From Centroscyllium fabricii (taxonomy: Eukaryota), in NCBI GenBank assembly GCA_051313645.2, contig JBNRSN020000013.1, positions 15,066,001-15,130,000 of the forward strand: a stretch of DNA of 64,000 bases. The letters run 5' to 3'. The number at the start of each line of letters is the position of its first letter. The stretch's first letter is position 1. A program made the position numbers and the translations under genes. Positions 49,188 to 61,895 of the stretch are shown piece by piece. Below the pieces are notes generated by a model. That model was given only the letters and a program-made list of their open reading frames with translations, was not told the origin of the DNA and did not search any database.

Positions 49188-50222
49188 GAATAAACTTTTT
49201 CCGAATGGCAGGCAGTGACTAGTGGGGTACCGCAGGGATCGGTCCTCGGACCCCAGCTATTCACAATATATATAAATGATCTGGACAAGGGAACTAGATG
49301 TAATATCTCCAAATTTGCAGATGACACAAAGCTGTGTGTGCTGTGAGGAGGATGTCGAGAAACTCCAGTATGATCTGGACAATTTGGGTGATTGGGCAGA
49401 AACATGGCAGATGCAATGTAAGGTGGATAAATGTGAGGTTATCCACTTTGGTGGCAAAAACTGGAAGGCAGATAATTATCTAAATGGCAATAGATTGGGA
49501 GAAGGGGAAATGCAACGAGACCTGGGTGTCCTTGTGCACCAGTCGCTGAAGGTAAGCATGCAGGTGCAGCAGGTGGTTAAGAAGGCAAAAATGGTATGTT
49601 GGCCTTCGGATCAAGAGGGTTTGAGTACAGGAACAAGGATGTCTTGCAGTTGGTGAGACCACATCTTTGAGTCTTGTGTGCAGTTTTGTTCACCTTATCT
49701 GAGGAAGGATGTTCTTGCCATGGAAGGGAGTTCAGCGAAGATTCACCAGGCTGATACCTGGGATGTCAGGAGTGACTTCTGAGGAGAGATTGGGTCGATT
49801 GGGCTTGTACTCGCTGGAGCTTGGAAGAATGAGAGGTGATCTCATTGAAACTTATAACATTCTGACAGGACTGGACAGACTAGATGCAGGAAGGATGTTC
49901 CCGATGGCGGGGGAGTCCAGACCCAGGGGACACAGTCTAAGGATAAGGGGTAAGCCATTTAGGACAGAGATGAGGAGGAATTTCTTCACCCAGAGAGTGG
50001 TGAACCTGTGGAATTCTCTACCACAGAAGGCGGTGGAGACCAATTCATGAAATATATTCAAGAAAGAGTTGGGTATGTTTCTTGAGGCTAAAGGGATCAA
50101 GGGGTATGGGGAGAAAGCGGGGACCGGGTACTAAATTTGGATGATCAGCCATGATCTTATTGAATGGCGGGGCAGGCTCGAGGGGCCGAATGGCCTACTC
50201 CTGCTCCTATCTTCTATGTGTC
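49188..50222 (+). mobile_element. CR1 LINE, 5'-truncated
   Basis: [13 protein letters not shown]...; FFTQRVVNLWNSLP; tail ctcctgctcctatcttctatg. Confidence 0.85.
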
Positions 50223-50286
50223 CAAAAAAACTTCCAGTCGACTGTATTGGAAAGTGTATTTATGAACTTAATAAAGGCAAAGTAAT

Positions 50287-50751
50287 GGGCCAGAAATTAG
50301 GGTTGGAGTCTGGCCGCGAGTGTAAGACTCCAAAGTGCACTCACTGAGCGCACCTGCCGTTCTGGATTTCACTCACCTGAAATCCCGATCCTCTGGCCTG
50401 CTGAGAGGGCCCCGCGCCGCGCTGGAGCAACTGAAGGGCGAAGATAGTGCGAGGCTTCCCGCGGGATCACATGGTCCGCGGGAAGCCAATCAGAGCAAAG
50501 AATGCTCCATTCATAAGTTTGACAGATCTGTCAAACTTCTGAAATACTGGAGCCCCAAAACCACACTAAACCTTAAAATAAATTTTAAAAAACTCATTTT
50601 TAAAAAGTACCCTGTACTATCTATCAATCACATAAATTAGCTATTTTAAACAAAAAGTAAACATTTTGAAAAAATATTTTACCGGGCCTAAAAATCAACT
50701 TACCTGTCTTTAAAGTCCGTACTCACGAGTTGCGGGCCTAATTTCTGGCCC
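50287..50751. mobile_element. Harbinger-type MITE
   Basis: Perfect 15-bp TIR gggccagaaattagg / cctaatttctggccc; 3-bp TSD AAT. Confidence 0.85.
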
Positions 50752-50936
50752 AATATGTTTTTCTCTAATTATTTTGGTATTGGTAATATTGGGGTCTATA
50801 ATCCTCCAATGCATTAGAGGAAGAAGTGAGTGCCCCATTTATTGATCCTTATTGACCCTAATGCTCATTACTTCATTTCTCAACAATGAGCATGCATTTA
50901 ATGCTGTTTCATAATATAACATTGGTAGTTGGTAAT

Positions 50937-53673
50937 GATGTTGGGGTATTCAATATTCAGGAAAGATGGGCAAAAAGGAAAGGGAGTTTGGGTAGCATTG
51001 CTGGTTAAAGAGGGGATTAACGCAATTGTAAGGAAAGACATTGGCTCTGATGATGTGGAATCTGTATGGGTCGAACTGAGAAATACCAAAGGGCAGAAAA
51101 CATTAGTGGGAGTGGTGTATAGACCCCCAAACAGTAATGCTGAGGTTGGGGATGGCATAAAAAGGGAAATGAGGGAAGCATGCAATAAGGGCACAGCAGT
51201 CATCATGGGTGACTTTAATCTACATATAGATTGGACTAACCAAATCAGTAACAATACTGTGGAGGAGGAATTCCTGGAGTGTATACGAGACGTTTTCCTG
51301 GACCAATATGTCAAGGGACCAACTCGGGATCAGGCCATCTTAGACTGGGTGTTATGTAATGAGAGAGGATTAATTAGCAATCTTGTGGTACGAGGACCCT
51401 TGGGTCGGAGCGATCATAATCTGATCGAATTCTCACTTAAGATGGAGAGTGAAGAAATTGACTCCGAGACTAAGCTCCTGAATTTAAGTAAAGGGAACTA
51501 TGATGGTATGAGATGTGAGTTGGGTAGGATTGATTGGGTGGTGTCGCTCGGGGGGTTGACGGTAGATGGGCAATGGCAAACATTCAAAGATCGAATGGAA
51601 GAATTACAGAACTTGTTTATACCAGTTTGGCATAAAAATAAACCAAAAAAGGTGACTCAACCGTGGTTAACAAGGGAAATTAGAGATAACCTGAAATCCA
51701 AAGAGAGGGCATATAAATTGGCCCAAAAAAGCAACAGACCTGAAGATTGGGAGCAGTTTAGGATACAGCAAAGGAGGACAAAGGGATCAATTAAGAGTAG
51801 GAAAACAGATTATGAAAGTAAGCTTGCGGCGAACATAAAAACTGACTGCAAAAGCTTTTATAGATATATTAAGAGGTAAAGACTGGTGAAATCAAGCATT
51901 GGTCCCTTGCATTCCGAATCAGGGGAATATATAATGGGGAACAAGGAAATGGTAGACCAATTAAATACTTACTTTGGTTCTGTCTTCACAAAGGAGGACA
52001 CAAATAACCTCCCAGAGATGTCAGGAAACATAGGGACTAATGAGAGGGAGGAACTGATAGAAATCAGTATTTGTAGGGATATGGTGTTGGGGTAGTTGAA
52101 GGGATTGAAGGCCGACAAATCCCCAGGGCCTGATGATCTACATCCTAGGGTACTTAAGGAAGTGGGGTACTTAAGGAAGTCGTCTTGGAGATAGCAGATG
52201 CATTGCTGATCATCTTCCAGAACGCGATAGACTCTGGAACAGTATCCATGGATTGGAGGGTAGCTAATGTTACCCCACTATTCAAAAAAGTGGGTAGAGA
52301 AAAAGCAGGGAATTATAGATTAGATCAAGCCTGAAATCGGTAGTGGGGAAAATGCTAGAGTCCATTATTGAAGATGTAATGGCAGAGCACTTGAAAAATA
52401 GTGACGGGATCGGACAGAGTCAACATGGATTTACAAAAGGTAAATTGTGCTTGACTAATCTACTGGAATTTTTTGAGGATGTAACTGGTAAAATAGATAG
52501 GGGAGAACCAGTGGACGTGGTGTATTTGGACTTTCAGAAAGCTTTCGATAAGGTCCCTCATAAGGTATTGACTTGGATAGAGAACTGGTTGGCAGATAGA
52601 AAACCGAGAGTTGGAATAAACGGGTCGTTTTCCGAGTGGCAGGCAGTGACTAGTGGGGTACCGCAAGGATCGGTCCTGGGACCCCAGCTGTTCACAATAT
52701 ATATTAATGATGTGGACGAGGGAATTGGATGTAATATCTCCAAATTTGCAGATGACACAAAGCTGGGTGGGAGGGTATGCTGTGAGGAGGATGTCGAGAA
52801 ACTCCAATGTGATTTGGACAAGTTGGGGGAATGGGCGGATACATGGCAAATGCGCTATAATGTGGATAAATGTGAGGTTATCCACTTTGGTGGCAAAAAC
52901 AGGAGGGCAGATTATTATTTGAATGGCAATAGATTGGGAGATGGGGAAGTGCAAAGAGACCTGGGTGTTCTTGTGCACCAGTCACTGAAGGTAAGCATGC
53001 AGGTGCAACAGGCGGTTAAGAAGGCAAATGGTATTTTGGCCTTCGTAGCAAGAGGGTTCGAATATAAGAACAAGGATGTCTTGCTGCAGCTCTACAGGAC
53101 CTTGGTGAGACCACACCTCGAGTATTGTGTGCAGTTTTGGTCGCCTCATCTGAGGAAGGACGTTCTTGCCATTGAAGGAGTGCAGCGAAGATTCACCAGG
53201 CTGATACCTGGGATGGCAGGAATGAGGTATGGGGAGAGACTGAGTCGATTAGGCTTATACTCACTGGAGTTCAGACGATTGAGAGGGGATCTCATCGAAA
53301 CCTACAAAATTCTTTCAGGCCTGGACAGACTGGATGCAGGAAGGATGTTTCCGATTGTCGGGGAGTCCAGAACCAGGGGCCATAGTCTAAGGATAAGGGG
53401 AAAGCCATTTAGGACTGATGAGGGAGACTTTCTTCACCCAGAGAGTGGTGAACCTGTGGAATTCTCTGCCACAGAGGGCAGTGGAGGCCGGTTCATTGAA
53501 TTTATTCAAGAAGGAGTTGGATATATTTCTTCAGGCTGAAGGGATCAAGGGATATGGGGAGAAAGCAGGGACAGGGTACTGAATCTGAAAGATCAGTAAT
53601 AATCTAATTGAATGGCGGAGCAGGCTCGAGGGGTCAAATGGCCTACTCCTGCTCCTATCTTCTATGTTTCTAT
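50937..53673 (+). mobile_element. CR1 LINE ORF2 (APE endonuclease and RT), disrupted
   Basis: VYRPP, MGDFN, SDHNL (ORF 50929-51879); [22 protein letters not shown] (ORF 52343-53539). Stops, a 17-bp duplication at ~52148 and a deletion after KVPHK; tail tatgtttctatg. Confidence 0.9.
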
Positions 53674-53721
53674 GTCTGGATTGGAGGCTGAAAATAATCT
53701 ACTTTGGGCATATTGGCAGAA

Positions 53722-54418
53722 CAGGTTGTGCACCATTAATCCGCCACGGGCGGGACCAGGCCCGTGCCAGGAAACTGAAAAAACCGGGAGAATGAAGTTG
53801 GACAATGCGCATGCGCGCACCATTCAAAATGGCTGCGTGCATGCGCGCACCATTGGAAATGGCCGCCGAACGATGCAGGAAAAGTCCAAAAGAGGGGGCT
53901 GAGTGGGGCCATGTGTATGTGCGGATTGGTGCAGGGGGAGGGGAGCTATTTTTAGTGAGTGCTCACTGGATGTGCTAGTACTGCCGAGACACGAGCCGGA
54001 GCTGTTCACTCACTCAGCCAGCCGCTCATCCACTGACTCCAGCAGCAGCAAAGCTGGGTAAGGAACTCCGCTCAACATTCCCATTCCCGGCTCCCGCACA
54101 GGGCCAGCCTGCTCGCCAGGAACCGTGCGCTTCCAGTTTTATTTTCGCCCTGACGCCACGGAAGGCCCGGCGGCCATTTTGAATGATCTGCGCATGCGCT
54201 AGCCGTCCGGCAACGCATGCGCAGATCATTCAAAACACCCGGCAGCCGTTTTGAATGATCTGCGCATGCGCTCGCCGTTCAGCGGCACATGCGCAGATCA
54301 TTCGCCGAAGCCGTGATGGCGGCTGCCATCTTGCGCATGCGCAGTGCAGGGGGGCAATTTGTGCCGGCAGACTGAAGCTGCCGGCATTTCGGGTCACGGA
54401 TTTTCGGTGCACAACCTG
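53722..54418. mobile_element. Tigger-type Pack-MITE with promoter/first-exon-like cargo
   Basis: caggttgtgcacc ... ggtgcacaacctg|TA; arms nearly identical to 57930-58460; unique interior ~53868-54165. Confidence 0.85.
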
Positions 54419-54704
54419 TATAACCTTGTCTGATTGAATTGTCCTTGTACTAATAAATATGGAGGTACCTTATGAATGAGAGAACACTAATTATATGTAT
54501 GCATGTGTTATATAAGAGTTCACTTATTTCTTGCCTGTTCAAACTAGGACCGCAGTATGTCCAATTGCAAGGTAGTTGCTCTACTTCATGAGATTACATA
54601 TGCTTTTGTTTAAGGATTAGAATTTTAAGATTGTGTTTCTTTGTGCAAGCAGGATTTGTTTTCTTCTTCATTGCTAGCCCTCACCTCAATTCAAATGCTC
54701 TCAT

Positions 54705-54789
54705 TCACCTGACGAAGGGGCAAAAGCTCCGAAAGCTTGTGATTTAAAATAAAACCGTTGGACTATAATCTGGTGTTGTGTGACTTCTT
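54705..54789 (+). mobile_element. Short Penelope-like terminus with hammerhead-like motif (54705-54742)
   Basis: TCAC-CTGACGA-A-GGGGC(AAAA)GCTCC-GAAA-GC-TT-GTGA. Confidence 0.65.
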
Positions 54790-57475
54790 GCATTTATCCT
54801 TTTGTAGTCATCCTTTGCTGCTTTTTTAAAAATTCCCAATCCTCTGGCCTTTCACTATTCCAAGCAACATCGTATGCCTTTGTTTTCAATTTGATACCAT
54901 CCTTTACTTCCTTAGTTATCTACGGATGGTTCATCCTTCTCTTAGTCTTTCTTTCTCACTGCTAGTTATGAAATATCAACGGGAATGTTTGCCACTGCTT
55001 TTCTACTCTCAGTCCACTTTAACCAAGTCTGCCTTCATACTTTTGTAATAGAAACATAGAAAATAGGTGCAGGAGTAGACCATTCGGTCCGTCGAGCCTG
55101 CACCGCCATTCAATACGTTCATGGCTGAACACAAGAACACAAGAACTAGGAGTAGGCCAATCAGCCCCCCAAGCCCGCCCCCTCACCCATCAAGATCATT
55201 GCTGATCCTACCCTAACCTTCATACCCCTATCACCCTTCTCCCACCCAAAGAACCATGTGATCTCCTGGGAGAGGCGAAAAACCGGATAAAAACCCAGGT
55301 CCAATTTGGGAAAAGAATCCGGGAAATTTCTCTCCGACCCCAATCCAGGCGATCGAAACTTGTCCAGGAGATCACTCGGGTCTTACTATACTAACCATAA
55401 CTCAGGTCCACTTCCCTGGCCGCTCCCCGTAACCCCTAATTCCCTTGTCTGCTAAAAAACAGTCTATTTCTGTTTTAAATTTATTTAATGTTCCCGCTTC
55501 CACAGCTCCCTGAGGCAGCGAATTCCATAGATTAACCACCCTCTGGGTGAAGAAGTTTCTCCTCATCTCAGTTTTAAAAGAGCCCCCCCTTATTCTAAGA
55601 CTATGCCCCCTAGTTCTAGTCTCCCCGATCATTGGAAACATCCTTGGCGCATCCACCCGATCAAGGCCCCTCACGATCTTATACGTTTCAATAAGATCGC
55701 CTCTCATTCTTCTGAACTCTAAAGAGTAAAGTCCCAACCTACTTAACCTTTCATAAGAACATAAGAAATAGGAGCAGGAGTAGGCCAATCGGCCCCTCGA
55801 GCCTGCTCCGCCATTCAATAAGATCATGGCTGATCTGATCCTAACCACCAATCTACTATCACAGAACCATCTCCTGAATCTAACAGAATTAGACACACGA
55901 AATAGGAGCAAGATCAGGCTACACAGTCCCTGGGCCCGCTCCACTACCCACAAGGCAATGACCGATCTGAACCTAGACTCATGTCCAAATTCCTGCCCGC
56001 TCCCCGTAACCCTTTTACTTCTAGGAAGCTATTTGTATTAAATTTATGTAATGATGTAGCTTCTACAGCTTCCTCATATGTCAACCCCCTCATCGCTGGA
56101 ATTAACCGTGTAAACCTTCTCTGCACTGCCTCCAGAGCAAGTACATCCTTTCTTAGGTACGGACACCAAAACTGCACACAGTATTCCAAATGCGGTCTCA
56201 CCAATACTGACCTTTGTTTAAGTTCAGGACACTAGTTTGAGACCTAGCTTTCTTCCCCTCAAACTGAATTTGAAATTCTACCATGCTATGATCACTCTTC
56301 CCAAGAGGATCCTTCACTTTGAGATCATTAATTAATCCAGCCTCGTTACACATTACCAGATCTAAAATAGTCTGCTTCCTGGTTGGTTCCACAATGGTAT
56401 TGTTCCAAGAAACCATCCCGTATACACTCCAAGAACTCTTCCTCAAGTCTACCTTTGCCAATTTGCTTTGTCCAATCAATATGAAGATTAAAATCGCCCA
56501 TGATTATAGCCGTATCTTTCTTAACAAGTCTCGATTATTTCTTGATTTATACTCTCTCCGACAGTGTGGTTACTGTTTGGGGGCCTGTAGATCACTCCTA
56601 CCAGTGACTTCTTACCCATATTATTTCTTAACCCCACCCAAACTGATTCTATATCTTGATCTTCTGAGCCAATATCAATTCTCATTACTGCATTGATCTC
56701 ATCCTCTATTAACAGAGCTACACCACCTCCTTTTCCTTTTTGCCTATCCTTACGAAATGGCAAATACTCCTGAATATTCAGTTCCCAGCCTTGGTCACCT
56801 TGCAACCACATCTCTAACGGCTATCAGATCATACCCATTTATTTCTATTTGTGCTGTCAACTCATCTGTCTTGTTATGAATGCTGCGTGCGTTCAGATAT
56901 CGAGCTTTTAATTTTGTCTTTTTAACATTTTTCCCTACTCTGACCCCTCTTTCTGATGCACTCTTATGTGTATACACTCTGTCCCTTCCTGTCATACTCT
57001 GGTTATCATTACCCCTATTGCTACCCTGCACTTTTGACTTCTCATTTTCCTTTGACTTTTTAAATTTCCACTCAGCGGATCCCTCGCCCCCACTATTTAG
57101 TTTGAAGCCCAATGTGCAACCCCAGTTATTCGATTTGCCAGGAGAATGGTCCCAGCCTGGTTCAAATGAAGCCGGTCCTGACGGAACAGCTCCCTTTTAC
57201 CCCAGTACTGGTGCCAGTGCCCCAAGAATCGAAACCTGTTTCTCCCACACCAATCTGTGAGCCACTCATTCATCTGTCTGATCTTATTTACCATATACCA
57301 ATTTGCACATGGCTTGGGTAATAATCCAGTAGTTCTGCTTTCTAATTTAGCCCCTAGCTCCTCATACTCCCTCAGCAGAACCTCTTTCTTTGTCCAACAT
57401 GGACCACAACAACTGGATCTTTCCCTTCCCACTCACCAACCCAGAAGAGATGTCCTTTACCATGGCACCCGGCAG

Positions 57476-57810
57476 GTTAGCACTGCTGCCTCGCAATAAG
57501 GAGCACCAGGGTTCGAATCCTGCTTAGCCCGGGACACCTCTGCGTGTAGCTTGCATGTTCTCCCTGTGTTTGTGTGGGTTTCCTCCCACCACCCAAAGAC
57601 ATGCAGGTTAGGTGAATTGGAGATACTAAAAAAAATTGCCCAGGAGTATGTGTGCGAGATATAGTTCTGAGTTGGGGGTGTCTGGGGATATGGGGAGAGG
57701 GTAGGAGGGAGGTGCTGGGTTTCGATGATCAGCCATGATATTATCAAAATGGCGGAGCAGGCGCGAAGGGCCGAATGGCCAACTCCTGCTCCTATCTTGT
57801 GTTTCTGTGC
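57476..57810 (+). mobile_element. V-SINE inserted in CR1 ORF1
   Basis: ttagcactgctgcc...gggttcgaatcc, V-domain, CR1-like tail. Confidence 0.75.
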
Positions 57811-57929
57811 AACACAGCCTTCGGACTAATGCTTTTGGCTACAGGGGCCAGTGTCTATCTCCCTAACTATACTGTCCCCTACCACTGCCACATTTCTTTT
57901 TGTTCCCCCTACTTGAGTGGCTCCCTGTA

Positions 57930-58460
57930 CAGGTTGTGCACCATTAATCCGCCACGGGCGGGACCAGGCCCGTGCCGGAAAACAGAAAAAACCGGGAGAA
58001 CGAGGTTGGACACTGCGCATGCGCACCATTCAAAATGGCCGCGCGCATGCGCACAACATTGGGATTGGCTGGCGCGCGCATGCGCAGATCGGGCACGGGT
58101 CCGCGTTCCCTCTCCATCGCCTTTCGGGTTGCTGCTGCCGCCGAGCCGGACTCAGGCTGACAGCTGTTGCCTAGTGACTGTCCGCCTCAGTCACGGGGCT
58201 CAGCTGTCGGGAAAATAACCAGCGGCCGTATTGAATTATCTGCGCATGCGCTAACAGTCCGGCGACGCATACACAGATCATTCAAAACACCCGCAGCTGT
58301 TTTGAATGATCTGCGCATGCGCTCGGCGCATGCGCAGATCATTCGCCGCAGCCACGATGGCGGCGGCCATCTTGCGCATGCGCAGTGCAATCTGGGCAAT
58401 TTGTGCCGGCAGACTGAAGCTGCCGGCTATTCGGGACACGGATTTTCGGTGCACAACCTG
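57930..58460. mobile_element. Tigger-type Pack-MITE inserted at TA in CR1 ORF1
   Basis: TA|caggttgtgcacc ... ggtgcacaacctg|TA; the CR1 sequence is continuous across the site; unique interior ~58089-58220. Confidence 0.9.
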
Positions 58461-59063
58461 TACCACGTTGCTGTGGTCAGTTTGCTCATCCTCACTGCAG
58501 TCCCTGCTCGTGCCCACACAGAGAGTAAGAACCTCATAACTGTTGCATTAACTGAAACCATTGTAGACCATCAACTGAAAAATGCAAGGACGCAAGTTTG
58601 TTTTATCTGACACTTCTTGTACTTTGACTTTGTTTCATAACCAAGAGGAATTTTGTAGCTATTAGTAAAATTCCAGAGATTTTTTGAATGTCTTAAGGGC
58701 TGTTGTAGGTTGTGGTATGAATGTTGCAGTATTTCTTGTGCTTTACTAAATGGGCAATGCATTGTTTTACAGTTGCTTCCTGTTCTCTTTCCACTTGAAT
58801 TGCCAAGAGCATGCATTAAAGACTTGTTAGTGCACATTCTCCTGATGGACAAAGTGCTGGAATCCTTTCATGTATGTTTCAGACAAGCCAGATGCAGTTT
58901 TAATGACTGGAATGTTTGACATGGCACCCTGGGAATTCAAGATAAAAGGATAGAAAGATGAAAACCATGCACTGTCCTGTGCTTTTTATCCTCTCCAATT
59001 TCAAAATGAACTATTAAAGAACAGTTGTTCAGTCAGATGAGACTAGCATTTTTTATATCTTTT

Positions 59064-60799
59064 TGACCCACTGTATGTGGCAAGGCATACAGTCCATCAC
59101 GGACTACAAGTGCAGAAACACCAGCCCCCCGACCGGCGATGCCTCCCTACCGGAGGAACTCAACAACTTCTATGCTCGCTTCGACAGGGACAACAAGGAG
59201 CCAGCCACCAAAGTCCTGCAATCACCGGAAGACCAGCCATTAACACTGTCCTGTTCTGACGTTAGAGGTGCTCTACGTAGAGTGAACGCACGGAAGGCCG
59301 CGGGTCCTGATGGCATCCCCGGCCGGGCACTCAAAGAATGTGCCGACCAACTGGCTGAAGTCTTCACTGACATCTTCAACCTGTCACTGGCGAAGGCAGC
59401 TGTCCCTACCTGCTTCAAAACCGCCACCATCATCCCTGTGCCCAAGAAAACGGCCGTGACGTGCCTGAACGACTACCGCCCTGTTGCACTTACACCCATT
59501 ATCATGAAGTGTTTCGAGCGGCTGGTCCTGGCCCACATCAAAGCCAGCATCCCCGCCACCCTGGACCAATACCAGTTTGCCTACCGTGGGAACAGATCTA
59601 CAGAGGATGCTATCACTACGGCTCTTCACTCTGCACTAAACCACCTGGATAGCAAAGATACATATATCAGATTGGTGTTTATTGACTACAGCTCAGCATT
59701 CAACACCATTGTCCCCAGCAAATTGTCTACCAAACTCCTCACCCTCGGCTTGAACACCTCCCTCTGCAACTGGACCCTGGACTTCCTAACCAACAGACCA
59801 CAGTCTGTGAAGTTAGGCAACCTCACCTTCTCCTCCCCCGCCCCCCCCCCCTTTACCCTGAACACGGGGGCCCCACAAGGTTGTGTGCTCAGCCCCCTCC
59901 TCTACTCCCTCTTCACTCACGACTGTGCGGCTGTCCATGGCTCCAACACGATCATCAAGTTCGCGGATGACACCACGGTGGTTGGCCAGATCACCAACAA
60001 CGACGAGTCAGCCTACATGGATGAGATCCAGCGCCTTGTGGGTTGGTGTGCCGACAACAACCTGGCACTGAACACCAAGAAAACCAAGGAGATCATAGTG
60101 GACTTCCGGAGGACTGGAAGCAGAAGACCCCCCCCCCATCTTCATCCAAGGGTCTGAGGTGGAAAGGGTGTCCAGCTTCAAGTTCCTCGGGGTCCACATC
60201 TCGGAAGATCTCTCCTGGTCACTAAACACCTCCTCGCTGGTTAAGAAGGCCCAACAGCGCCTGTACTTCCTTAGGAAGCTGAAGAAAGCCAGGCTGTCAT
60301 CCGGCATCCTCCAACTTCTACCGCTGCACAATAGAAAGCATACTGACAAGCTGCATCACTGTCTGGTATGGTAATTGCACTATCTCGGACCGGAAAACCC
60401 TGCAGCGGGTAGTCAAAACTGCCCAACGAATTACCGGTACACAGCTACCGTCAATGGAAAGCATCTACCTCAAACGCTGCTTACGGAGGTCTATGAACAT
60501 TATTAAAGACCCCACACACCCCAGCCACAGTCTGTTCGCCCCTCTGCCCTCCAGGAGACGCTACAGAGCAATTCGCACCTGCACGACTAGATTTCAGAAC
60601 AGCTTCTTCCCCAGGGCTGTCAGCCTCCTGAACTCTAAAATGTAACTCCGGTACCTGCACGCCTGATAATGAACTTTACTGTATGCAATTTTCATGTAAT
60701 TTATTTATTTTGTTTGCACTACTCTCGGGAGAGTCGAGTCTTCGTCTCGTTGTATTGTACTAGTACTCTGCAATGACAATAAAACTTGAATTGAATTGA
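59064..60799 (+). mobile_element. Rex1/Babar LINE, 5'-truncated (RT ORF 59063-60157, then frameshifts)
   Basis: [37 protein letters not shown]; same tail as 26084-27336. Confidence 0.9.
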
Positions 60800-60990
60800 C
60801 TGGTGATTCATGCTCTACTCCATGTGGTTTTGTCATAACTGATAGCTGATAGGTGATACAGTGCTACATATAGTCCCTAAGATGCATTTTGCTGTTTGAT
60901 TGCATTACATAAAACTGGTACCGAGAAAACACAGAATATCAACTAGTCTTGAATTAGTTGATGAATTTTAGTACATGCTTATGTATTGCA

Positions 60991-61690
60991 GTTCTAGTTC
61001 CGGCTGGAGCGGCTGCCATTGCGGCCGCTCCTCAAGGCGAAGTCAATATGCGCGAATCGGCCGCCATCCGGCTGCAGTTAAGGCTGCAAGATGTGGAGCG
61101 CCGATCGGCCGACGGGAGTGAGAGCAGGGAGCTCGGAGGACTCTGGGAGATCTGGGAAGGCACCAGGCCGAGTGCTAGGCCTCGGGTTTTGGGGGAGCCG
61201 GAGAGTACTGGCTAGGCCCCAGGTTCGGAGGGTGCTGGACTGGGCCCCAGGCCTCAGGCCCGGGGGTAGCCGGAGGGTGCTGACTAGGCCTCGGGCTCGG
61301 GGAGTCGGAGGGTGCTGGTCTAGGCCTCGGGCCCAGAGTTCGGAGCCGGGATGGCGTCTGGACGAGAGCCAGGCCCCAGGACGCTACTCCTGAAGTTCGG
61401 AGATCCGTGGATTCGGGGGAGCCGGCATGGCGTCGGGCCGAAAGAAGTCAAGAGTAACATCGGAAGGAACAGCGGCAGAGCAAGTTAACGGAGCGGTCGA
61501 GGACAATTAACATCGTACTGAGAGGCCGGAGCAGGAACGGGACCCACGATGATGGCGCCGGAGAATGGCTGACGTCTTGCGGGCTTTTGCGTGCCGGGCA
61601 GCTTAATGTCCTTGTTGGGCGGTGCGTTCGGACAGCAGTTAGCATTTCACTGTCGAGATTGTATTTAGTACATGTGACAAACTTGAACTT
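60991..61690 (+). mobile_element. Probable non-autonomous Rex1-dependent retroelement with internal ~35-bp minisatellite
   Basis: CpG-rich, non-coding; repeats of cggagggtgctg(g)actaggcctcggg; tail catttcactgtc...tacatgtgacaaacttgaactt resembles the Rex1 tails in this window. Confidence 0.5.
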
Positions 61691-61895
61691 AGAGTAGTAC
61701 ATAAATTCCATGTAAATATTTCATCAACAAATACTAAATTTTTGGTGTAAATAAAACCTTGATTGTTGACCTAATTTCCTTATGTACGTAGATGCAACAA
61801 TATAATCTCATTATTTTTGTGGCTTAAAATTTGTATTGCTAATTCACAAATTGAGCTTTCAGTCATAAATACAAACTGATTTAAAAGCATAGCAC

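Larger units (their letters stand above)
54790..58545 (-). mobile_element. Cluster of nested CR1 pieces (several 3' ends plus an ORF1/endonuclease-bearing copy)
   Basis: Tails at ~55047, 55129, 55753 and 55880; KARYLNARSI, VIYRPP, SGNH-like VAVVGDSIVR and DRLHLNQAG. Confidence 0.75.
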
